Positions 9,191-17,800 of a DNA stretch of 20,000 nt are shown here, piece after piece. Source of the DNA: an uncultured virus (IMG/VR IMGVR_UViG_3300031841_005656) (taxonomy: Duplodnaviria; Heunggongvirae; Uroviricota; Caudoviricetes); IMG/VR virus record IMGVR_UViG_3300031841_005656. One strand, written 5' to 3'. Position 1 is the stretch's first letter. Every line of letters starts with the position of its first letter. The notes beneath the pieces are model-generated. The model saw only the letters and a program-made list of their open reading frames with translations, was not told the DNA's origin and made no database searches. The position numbers and the translations under genes were made by a program.

Positions 9191-12100
9191 TGTCTTTACC
9201 AAGTACAGTAACAAGCAGAGCGGAAGGTAATAGTTTTGTCGCTAACACAGGAATGTCTTTAACTGGCGTAACTGGTTTTGGTATTAGAACTGGTTTTTAT
9301 CTTACCAATAGCGGAAACTATCCCATCAGAACTGAACTTTCGTATTCAGAGGCGCCTGTTTTGGGTATTTTTGATTTTCCAAGCGGCCAACAATTTGACA
9401 TACTAGCCGGTACTACAAAATTTATACCCTTTGAAATGACCTTTTCGCAAGACAATATCAGTGGTCCTGCGGTAGGTGCGACCGGTCCAGATATAAATGG
9501 CACTTGGGTATCTAGTTTTAATTTGTCCACAAGATCTCTTCAAAATGCTCAGCCAGATACAGACGGAAATATTATAGTTGGGATAACTGGTCAGGTGACA
9601 GGATTTGGTGGCGGCACCGGCCCATTTACCACAACTATACCGGCTCATCCATCAGGGTTTTTAGTTACAACAGATTATGGCGCAAACGGTAGGCCTCAAC
9701 AAGTCTTAAGATGGCAGCATCCTTCTTCTGGATATTATTTTCAAAGATATAAAATTGAATACGCAGGGAATATAGAAGATAGCAGTGTTGCAACTGGTGT
9801 TTGGACTGGATTATTTGATTTTGACATAAACCGAACTTTAACAACTCAAGGCGGAGATCTTGAAGCGGGGGAATTTCAATATTACAAATATGCGACAAAC
9901 ACAGGTATAGCACAGTTACACACTAGAGGTACTCCTGATAACCCGCGAACTCCATATGGCGAGTACACTGTGTCTAGTTTAGATTTTAATGCAAATTATT
10001 ACTATAGAATAAAAAGCCAATACATAGATAGAGATTCATCTATATATTATGAAAGTCCTTATGTTTACGGTTATCCAGTTGATAACTTCAATGTAGAAAT
10101 AACAAACGCAGACATAAATGGAGGCTTGCTGAGTGGCAGTACAACTTTAAGTCCTACAACAGATCCTAGCACTGTTATAGCTAATGATTCAAATAGCCCA
10201 AGCGCGTTAAAAATATTTTTTGATGATAGGCAGGCAAATATAAATCTAAAAACAGAATTTGACAACAGACTAACTAATATTGGAGCGAGCGTTAACAACT
10301 TTGATCCCACACACGCTGATTACAGTTATTCTGGAGTTCATTTTATAGTGGCAGAAAATTATAAAGTAGGATCCACGAAAACAACAAATGCTGGCATTAC
10401 TTCTGGCGCTCAATTAAAATATGGAAGCACTGAAATAAAATCTAACTTAATTTTGCATAAAAATTCTACTGTTGCAGGTTTGGGCGGAAGCGGAGGAAAC
10501 GGAGGGTTCACTGAGATAAAACTATTCGACGGCACTCCGAGGCCTCAGCATCAATCTGGGAAAATACAGTTTGACAAAACTGAAACTACCAACTCAGACG
10601 CAGGCGGAGATGGTTCTGCCGCAATTTACATAAATGACACAGCTATTTCAGAGCTAAAAATCAAAAAACATTTTACCGCTAGAATATATGGAGGAGGCGG
10701 AGGCGGAGGCGGAGGAGATCCATTCTTTTTTCCTAAAGCGTTTGCTTTTTCTGAAAATCCTACATATAATTTATCATCGCCCGGAATAGATAGGCTCGTA
10801 TACGACAGAGTCTCAGTTAATGACGGAGTTATAAGTGATGACAAAGACAGAACGATAAAGATTACTATTCCAAACAGATCAAGCAGTGATAATCCGGGCT
10901 TGATCAATTTAAAAGTTGAAGATTTTTTTGGTAAACATTACGGAGGTCTTGGAGGAGGCGGCCAAGGATTTGGTTTATCTGAAGGCGGGTATTCTAAAGA
11001 TCAAGGTAGTTCTTATATTTTTGCTAAAAATCAAGGATCATTTGAAGGTGCAGGACTTGGCACAGACGCAAATTTTGATACGCATGTATCTATAGGCGGA
11101 AGAGGTGGTGTATTTGGCGAAGACGGAGAAACGCCTTTAGATGTTAACGCCAATGAAATTTACAGAAACGCTACAGATTCAGAGCCTGCAGCTGGAGGTA
11201 AAGCGGGCGAAGCAATAAAAATTATTGACGGGAATACAAATTATTCTACTTTTGACGATTTAGTTCAATACCAAGATGGTAAAATTCCAAATTCCACAAA
11301 TTATCCAGATTTAGTGGCTTGGTTTACAACCGAAGATACAAGCTCTACATATTTTGACACTACTGCCGCGGGTTCATATTCTGAAATAAATCAGTGGAAG
11401 GCTAAAAACGATACCAGTATGTACATACAATTTTACAATAATAATGGTAATGGTACAACTACACCTGATAGAAACTATAGGCCCATCCTTGTAACGAGTA
11501 GCACTCCTAACGCTAGTGCGTATTACTCTTCATTTAATAATAAGGATACCGTATTTTTTGGTAGCAATAATTCTCTTAAAGCGGGTGGCGGGGAGCTTTT
11601 TAATGTTGTTAGAAGCGGTAGAATAGAAAACTCTATGCAGGGATTTGAAATAGTTTATTTCTTATATCCGAGCGTTACATCTTTAGATGGCAATGAAGCT
11701 TCACAGCATAGTACTTGGTATACTCCAGACTCTAGAGTTAGTGATAGGGGTAAGGTTGGGCTTTGGAGAGTGGACAAAAGACCTCCTAGATACGATGCGG
11801 CTATAAAATCTAGGCCTTTACATCAGTGGTCGGCTAAGCAAAATCAATTAAATCAATCCACAAGAAGGGAAACTGCTATCCCAGCATTCTACTATCAAGT
11901 AGGAACCTCAGCATCAGCAAGAACTTATGAGAACACTGGGTTACCTCAAGGATATGGTGTAAACTTTTTTGATTTTACAGGATCTAAAGATCCTTTGAGG
12001 GCGTGGATGTATTCCATTTCTTCTTATAGGATAGGGTCTTACATTTATTACAATATTTACAATGATTTAGAATTAGTTTGCACAAAAAGATTTAGGAACG

Positions 12101-12369
12101 TTAATACTTATGATTGGCTTACTAAACCTAGAATAGGATTTGTTAGAGATAAAAATTACAATGACCAATCTTTTTATTATGGTAGTATAAGTGATATTGC
12201 TATATTTAAAGGGCCATTATCTGAAAAAGAAAGAGAAAATTTATTGGGCCACTTTAGTAACAAAAAACTAAAAGTTCAATCTTCTGCTAATAAAAACGAC
12301 GCAAATGATAGAAATCAATTGAAAAATAAAACTAACTTTGCAGGATTTAACATAGGACCTAGTTGGTAA
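9190..12369 (+). CDS. Multidomain adhesin / receptor-binding-like virion protein: Ig-like, FN3, T-even gp38-like glycine-rich domain, LamG/ConA-like (1059 aa)
   Basis: Ig-like: FYLTNSGNYPI. FN3: PAHPSGF...LRWQHP...YKIEY...SLDFNANYYYRIKS. Gly motifs: GLGGSGGNGG, GGDGSAAI, IYGGGGGGGGG, GGGGQGFG, GGRGG, GGKAGEAI. LamG-like: LVAWF...INQWK...GSISDIAIFKGPLSEKER. Confidence 0.7.
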   Translation: MSLPSTVTSRAEGNSFVANTGMSLTGVTGFGIRTGFYLTNSGNYPIRTELSYSEAPVLGIFDFPSGQQFDILAGTTKFIPFEMTFSQDNISGPAVGATGPDINGTWVSSFNLSTRSLQNAQPDTDGNIIVGITGQVTGFGGGTGPFTTTIPAHPSGFLVTTDYGANGRPQQVLRWQHPSSGYYFQRYKIEYAGNIEDSSVATGVWTGLFDFDINRTLTTQGGDLEAGEFQYYKYATNTGIAQLHTRGTPDNPRTPYGEYTVSSLDFNANYYYRIKSQYIDRDSSIYYESPYVYGYPVDNFNVEITNADINGGLLSGSTTLSPTTDPSTVIANDSNSPSALKIFFDDRQANINLKTEFDNRLTNIGASVNNFDPTHADYSYSGVHFIVAENYKVGSTKTTNAGITSGAQLKYGSTEIKSNLILHKNSTVAGLGGSGGNGGFTEIKLFDGTPRPQHQSGKIQFDKTETTNSDAGGDGSAAIYINDTAISELKIKKHFTARIYGGGGGGGGGDPFFFPKAFAFSENPTYNLSSPGIDRLVYDRVSVNDGVISDDKDRTIKITIPNRSSSDNPGLINLKVEDFFGKHYGGLGGGGQGFGLSEGGYSKDQGSSYIFAKNQGSFEGAGLGTDANFDTHVSIGGRGGVFGEDGETPLDVNANEIYRNATDSEPAAGGKAGEAIKIIDGNTNYSTFDDLVQYQDGKIPNSTNYPDLVAWFTTEDTSSTYFDTTAAGSYSEINQWKAKNDTSMYIQFYNNNGNGTTTPDRNYRPILVTSSTPNASAYYSSFNNKDTVFFGSNNSLKAGGGELFNVVRSGRIENSMQGFEIVYFLYPSVTSLDGNEASQHSTWYTPDSRVSDRGKVGLWRVDKRPPRYDAAIKSRPLHQWSAKQNQLNQSTRRETAIPAFYYQVGTSASARTYENTGLPQGYGVNFFDFTGSKDPLRAWMYSISSYRIGSYIYYNIYNDLELVCTKRFRNVNTYDWLTKPRIGFVRDKNYNDQSFYYGSISDIAIFKGPLSEKERENLLGHFSNKKLKVQSSANKNDANDRNQLKNKTNFAGFNIGPSW
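10690..10716 (+). repeat. Poly-glycine codon run (GGA/GGC)x9 within the gp38-like domain
   Basis: ggaggaggcggaggcggaggcggagga encodes G9. Confidence 0.9.
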
Positions 12370-12371
12370 AT

Positions 12372-13826
12372 ATGTCTACTCAAACTCACAACTCAGCTTT
12401 ATTAAATTTAGAGCCGGATACTTTAATTGAGTTATACGAACTCGATTTGGGCGAGCAAGAAGGCTTGTATAGATTTCATCCGGGCAAAAACGACTTAAAA
12501 GACATAATGCTGCGTGATAAAAACGGAGTATTGCAAACTTATTTTCCTATGCCTATAGAAGCTAGCGGATTTGAAATGCGTGGAGATGGACAGCTTCCTA
12601 GGCCAAAAATTCTTATCGCCAACCCCGGAGGTATAATCACCGATGTATTAAAAAGAAGAAATGATTTAGTAGGCAGCACTATCATCAGGAAGAGGATTTT
12701 TTTGAAATATTTAGATGATGAAAATTTTCCTAATGATTTTAATCCTTTTGGCGTTGCTGATCCAGACTCTAGATTTGACGACGATATTTTTACTATAAAC
12801 AGAAAAGTTCAAGAAAGTAAATATTTTGTTGAGTTTGAATTGGTTTCCCCTTTAGAATTAGAGGATATACAAATTCCAGCCAGAACCATGATAGCTGATT
12901 ATTGTACATGGCAGTACAGAGGAGAGGGATGTCTATACGGACAGCGAGATGACTTTTCTCAACAAGCAATGTTAATGGCTAATGGCGATCTGGTTACTGC
13001 TGGTACTTTTTTTGCTAAAAGCAATAGTGTTAATCTGGGCATGCCCGTTGCAGACGAAAACAATAAAAAATTTACAGATAGCGACGGCTACGCTTTAAAT
13101 TTGCTTTGGCAGGGAGATTATGACAAGAATAGTGTCACTGTAACAACAGATGGCGCCGCAACTTTATCGGTGGTAACAGCAAATGGTGCTGCGTCAGATG
13201 GAGCTACTTCTATGACTGTAGATGCACTTCCCGTTGATATTGCCAATGAAAAAGTTGTTACTTTTTCTAATGGGGCTAAATTTACTTTAAGTAGTTCTGC
13301 TTCAGCAGGTGCAACTAGCATTTCTGGTGAATTAAATGGTACGGTGGTAGATAACGAAACAGGAACAGTAGCCCAAGCAGTTTCAGTGGATGCAATTAGC
13401 AGCTCAATCGAAAAAGACAGAACGATTGTTTTTAGCACGGGCGTTACTTTAAAATTAGATGCTGATGCTGATGAATCTGCCACTTCTTTATCTGGAATTC
13501 TTAGTGCTGGACTTGCAGACGGAGTTTCAGGCTCAACTAAATATGTAGCAGGAGATGTTGTGAGGATTACATCTAAGATTGAGAATTTATCTAAGCAAGA
13601 TTTAAGTTCTACGCAGGAAGATACATCAATTAAGCCTGATTTGTTTTTTGTATGTATAGCAGAAGTCGATACTTCAAAAGATCCTCGTTACGAACAAACT
13701 TACTGGAGAGCTGATTCTTGCGCCAAAAATCTAAACGCTTGCAAATGTAGATATGTTGAAGCGGGCGTTTATTCTCCGGGCATTCCATTTGGCGGATTTC
13801 CATCTATTGAAAAGTACAGATATTAA
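12372..13826 (+). CDS. L: Tail tip protein L (lambda gpL-like, 4-Cys Fe-S motif) with large internal insertion (484 aa)
   Basis: Motifs IELYELDL, PIEASGFE...LPRPKI..AN, RKRIFLKYLD..NF, FELVSPLE..IPAR, CTWQYRGEGC, PVADEN, DSCAKNLNAC and PFGGFPS. ATG12372, 2 nt after the upstream stop, is preferred over TTG12363. Confidence 0.95.
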   Translation: MSTQTHNSALLNLEPDTLIELYELDLGEQEGLYRFHPGKNDLKDIMLRDKNGVLQTYFPMPIEASGFEMRGDGQLPRPKILIANPGGIITDVLKRRNDLVGSTIIRKRIFLKYLDDENFPNDFNPFGVADPDSRFDDDIFTINRKVQESKYFVEFELVSPLELEDIQIPARTMIADYCTWQYRGEGCLYGQRDDFSQQAMLMANGDLVTAGTFFAKSNSVNLGMPVADENNKKFTDSDGYALNLLWQGDYDKNSVTVTTDGAATLSVVTANGAASDGATSMTVDALPVDIANEKVVTFSNGAKFTLSSSASAGATSISGELNGTVVDNETGTVAQAVSVDAISSSIEKDRTIVFSTGVTLKLDADADESATSLSGILSAGLADGVSGSTKYVAGDVVRITSKIENLSKQDLSSTQEDTSIKPDLFFVCIAEVDTSKDPRYEQTYWRADSCAKNLNACKCRYVEAGVYSPGIPFGGFPSIEKYRY

Positions 13827-14157
13827 TAAAAATTTTTTGCAACATATTTCGGTCGCAAGTCATGCTTGTGATTTTGAAATTTGTGGGGCAGCTACAAAAG
13901 AAAAGCTATATTTTTTTAAAAATTTATCAAAAAACCCAAAGAAAACTTTTTTCATCGATCCGGAAGATTATTTTAAAATATACAAAAAAGTTATATTTTT
14001 TTTTCATTCTCATTGTTTAGGCGGAGCAAAACCAAGCGAATCTGATATTTTTACTTCAGATGAGATAAATCGGCCATTTTTGATATATTCCACTGTAGAT
14101 AAAAAATTTTCATTTTATACCCCAAAAAACAAGAACCTAATTTATTTTTCACTTTAA
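13807..14157 (+). CDS. K: Tail assembly protein K-like, stand-alone JAB/MPN+ metalloprotease domain (no NlpC/P60); start uncertain (TTG13807 or ATG13753)
   Basis: EICG...FFIDPEDY...FHSHCLGGAKPSESD gives an intact E...HxHx7Sx2D JAMM motif. It occupies the position between L and I. Confidence 0.85.
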   Translation: MKSTDINKNFLQHISVASHACDFEICGAATKEKLYFFKNLSKNPKKTFFIDPEDYFKIYKKVIFFFHSHCLGGAKPSESDIFTSDEINRPFLIYSTVDKKFSFYTPKNKNLIYFSL

Positions 14158-14176
14158 ATGTGTATAATAATAGGTA
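14158..14176 (+). promoter_or_regulatory. Candidate promoter in the only sizeable intergenic gap (GTGTATAAT, containing TATAAT at 14163-14168)
   Basis: atgtgtataataataggtaATG gives a perfect -10 hexamer 8 nt before the gpI start, with no convincing -35. It shares GTGTA with the motif at 5244, 9099 and 18034. Confidence 0.45.
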
Positions 14177-14899
14177 ATGACTACAGTTTCGCTTGAAGGT
14201 AGGCTAGGCCAAGTAATAGGAAAGAACTTTTCGTTTAAAACTAGAAATTTAAGAGAGGTTTTTTCTGCTATTGAAGCCAATACAGGAAAATTTAGAAGCT
14301 ATTTGCAAGGCAATGGCAGAAGAAGATTTGCTGTGTTTGTGAATGGCAAGGAGGTTTGCGATAAAAATGACTTTAATGTAAATGTAAAAGGAAAAGAAGT
14401 TTTGATTATTCCTCTTTTGATGGGAGGCCTTGTTGCAACAACTGCAGCTATTACAGCCGCGATTACAACCGCTACGGCTACTGCCATGACTATTAAAGTA
14501 GTTAATTTTGTTGTGGGCACAGTCTTAATGGCGGCGCTTTCTTTTGGTATAAGCTTATTGATAGCTAAAATACTCAAGCCCGATGACCCAGAATCTCTAA
14601 ATACTAGTTCTTTTATATTTGGGCAGGCGGAAAACATCACTAGGCAAGGAGTTGTTGTGCCTGTGGGGTATGGCCGCATGCAAATTGGCAGTAGAGTTAT
14701 ATCGGTCAACATTGTTAATAGTGATCGATCAATTGTTGATAATTCTGGAGCTAACTCATTTAACTCCGGCTCAATAAACACTGGAAATAGCGTTCCGACC
14801 AGTTTTTCTGAAGGGGGCGGGACTATGGTTGGGGTGGGTGTTGGAAATTTTTTCGTAGATGATAGAAATTTGATAGTCGAAAAGAAAATAGATGCCTAA
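14177..14899 (+). CDS. I: Tail assembly protein I (lambda gpI-like; N-terminal ubiquitin-like domain) (240 aa)
   Basis: MTTVSLEGRLGQVIG...EVFSAIEAN...VLIIPLLMGG, then a hydrophobic helix, then SFIFG..NITRQGVVVPVGYGRMQIGSRVIS. Confidence 0.93.
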   Translation: MTTVSLEGRLGQVIGKNFSFKTRNLREVFSAIEANTGKFRSYLQGNGRRRFAVFVNGKEVCDKNDFNVNVKGKEVLIIPLLMGGLVATTAAITAAITTATATAMTIKVVNFVVGTVLMAALSFGISLLIAKILKPDDPESLNTSSFIFGQAENITRQGVVVPVGYGRMQIGSRVISVNIVNSDRSIVDNSGANSFNSGSINTGNSVPTSFSEGGGTMVGVGVGNFFVDDRNLIVEKKIDA

Positions 14900-17800
14900 T
14901 AATCCAAAACAAAATATATACGATGTTGAAAACTTAGATGAAGCTTTGACATTTAAGCGCGTTTGTCCTTTAGCTGATCTTTCCCATTACAATGGGCATA
15001 TCAATTTAGAGTCTGTTTCTTTTTATCAAACCATAGATTTATTAACTGAAGGCGAAATTGCAGGCCTTTGTGATAAGCACGGAACCTTATTAAAACTTAC
15101 AAACGACACTAACGGTAATGAAGACGGGTTAAAAGGAATTTATTTAAATGATGCCCCTGTAAAAAATACAGATGCGAATACATTAAATTTTAATAGAGTT
15201 TTTGCTGATTTTAAAACTGGTTCAAAGAATCAAACCGGTCTAGCTAAATCTAACAATACTTCGCTTTCTTTTGATAAAGCGGCTGTTACTTCAAATTTCA
15301 ATGTAATGTTGCCCGGTTTAGCTAGCTCTCAAAGTATTGTTACTGGTAAAGGTGATACTTTTAATGTGGTTGGAGAGGGCGGATCTCCATACAACTTATG
15401 CAGAGTTTGGAATACTATATCTACAGATGGAAAGTTTGGTGTGGGAGCTTTTGGTAGAAATTTTGTATATAACATTAAAGATGCTAATACCATAGACAAA
15501 GTTAAAACAGCGGAAAAAGCTCAAGTTATCTCGATTAATCATGTAATTACTAATGACAATGTCAACGAAGTTCAAATTAATATGGTTACTAATGGTCTTA
15601 GATACAGTCATAGTGATGGAGATATTAGCAATGCTGCAGTAAATTTTGTTATTAAAGTGGGTTATGTTGACGATGAAGTTACATTAGCCTCAGGTGAAGG
15701 AAGTGTCATTTACTTAATATGTGGCATAGAAGGAAAGCTTAGTTCTCCGTATGCCAGAACTTATAACGTTCCACTTCCTGTATCTGGAAGCGCTAAAAGA
15801 GATAGAGTCGTAAAAATATTCAGAGTTGATCGAGAGTTGAGACTTCCTATAAAATTTCAAAAAAGTCTTGGCGTCCAAAATATATCAGAAATAGTCAAAG
15901 GAACATATACTTACCCAAACAGTTCGTTGATAGGTATGGTTTTTGATGCAAGGGCATTTGCTCAACCCCCCAGCAGAAGATTTGATGTAAAAATGACAAA
16001 AGTTTCTGTTCCTAGCAACTACAACCCTGAAACGAGAAGTTACGATGGGAATTGGGACGGATCATTCAAAAATTCAAAAGAATGGACCGATAATCCTGCT
16101 TGGGTTTTTTATGATTTAGCTACAAATAAAAGATATGGAGTCGGAAAATATGGATTCAAAAGTGAATTTGTTGATAAATGGAACTTGTATAGCGTAGGAA
16201 AATATTGTGACGAATTTGTTCCCACGGGTTATTCAGGTAAATATGGCAATATGGATTTCACTTGTTCTTCAGGTGGGGTTGTAATTACCATTGACGATTC
16301 TTCGAACACAAAAGGTGCAGACAAAATGTTAGAAAGATACCCTGAAGGTGGTATAGTGTGCCTTTTTGATCTTAAAAATTCAAGTTCTGAAAATTTAGAT
16401 AAAGCTTCAAAGAGAGTAATAATCAATCCTTCTTACAATACGTCTGACAATACTTTTAGTTTTAAGATCGTCAAGATCCCTGATGCTGAATATGTATTAA
16501 AAGAATATCCGGATGTTAAAGCAGATTATTTACTGCAAGCTCAAGGTTCAAAATTAGATACGCAAAAATTTTTAATAGACTATCTAATACACAAACAAAA
16601 TACTTCTTCAACTTTTGTTGCAGATTATAGGGCTGGAGAACCCTTAGACCTAGGCGTTACAAATGGATCTAGCGCGACTCAATTTTACGGTTTTAAAAAT
16701 TTAGTTGAGCCTAGATTTAGATGCAATTTATTTTTAGATAGAAAACAAAATGCTTTTAATGCTTTGAATGATATTGCAGCTATATTCAGGGGTATGATTT
16801 ATTGGTCTTCTGGATATATCAGCGTATCAAACGATCAATCTAGAGAAGCGGTTATGCTTTTTACGAACGCTAATGTTGCTGATGGTCAGTTTGTTTACAG
16901 TGGAAGCGCTGAAACTTCTAGAAGCACCGCTGTGATCGTGAGATTTAATGACGAAAACGATAGCTATAAGCCAAAGACAGAATATTTAGAAGATCCGGCT
17001 TCTGTGAGGCAATATGGATATATAGACAAAGAAATTATAGCTTTGGGCGTAACTTCTAGAGCTCAGGCTCATAGGCTGGCTAAATGGATGCTGTACACAA
17101 ACCAAACTGAAACAGACACAATTCAATTTACAACTGGTCAAGAAGGCAGTTATTTAAAACCCGGAGACGTCATCAAGGTACAAGACAAACTTAAAACTAG
17201 CAAAAGGTATGGCGGCAGAATCAAAGGCATAGATTACGGAGAAAAAACTTTAACATTAGATGAGGGCATCCAAGAAAATATTGTAAATCAGAAAATAACA
17301 GTAATTGTACCGCGCGAAAACAAGACAATAAGGAGTTTAAATAAAAAAGCGGAATCTAAAATAAGAATAGCAATTAAAAATCAAGAAGTAAACGAGGGAA
17401 TACCTGATTCAGATTTAGATTCTTCAAGAGAGCCGCAAATAAAGCAGTTTACAATTGCTTCTGTTAGTGAAACTAATGTAATTACAATTTCCGAAACCAC
17501 GGATGAAGATTTTAATTTAATCAAGAAAGGTTTTATATGGTCGGTGCAAAATACAAATACAGATTATGAAATAGAAGAAGTTGAATATAGAATAATTGGT
17601 ATAACCGAGCAAAATTCCAACCAGTATCAAGTTACCGGTATGATGTATAACCGTACAAAATTCGCTGCTGTAGATGAGTCCAGAAGTATAGAAAACACAC
17701 AACAATCTAAATCAAATATTTCAGTTGGAGCGTTACCAACCCCTTTAAGTGGAGATACTCCTATTTCCATAACAAATGTTACTATACTTAAAGGAGCTAT

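Noticed and set aside
9190..12369. Diversity-generating retroelement target in the adhesin or fibre genes
   Set aside because: I saw no reverse transcriptase and no near-identical TR/VR repeat pair in the window. A trans-acting element elsewhere cannot be excluded.
12363..12371. TTG start for gpL
   Set aside because: ATG12372 reproduces the TAAATATG junction also seen at 18087 and gives a normal N-terminus.
13800..13840. Programmed frameshift fusing L to K
   Set aside because: L ends with a canonical PFGGFPS terminus, no convincing slippery site lies before its stop, and in-frame TTG/ATG starts exist for K.
200..17705. Numerous minus-strand ORFs (61-168 aa) and the + strand alternative-frame ORF 6503..6757
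   Set aside because: All lie wholly within long, motif-supported + strand genes and read as antisense or frame shadows (e.g. poly-Pro opposite poly-Gly), with no recognisable motifs.
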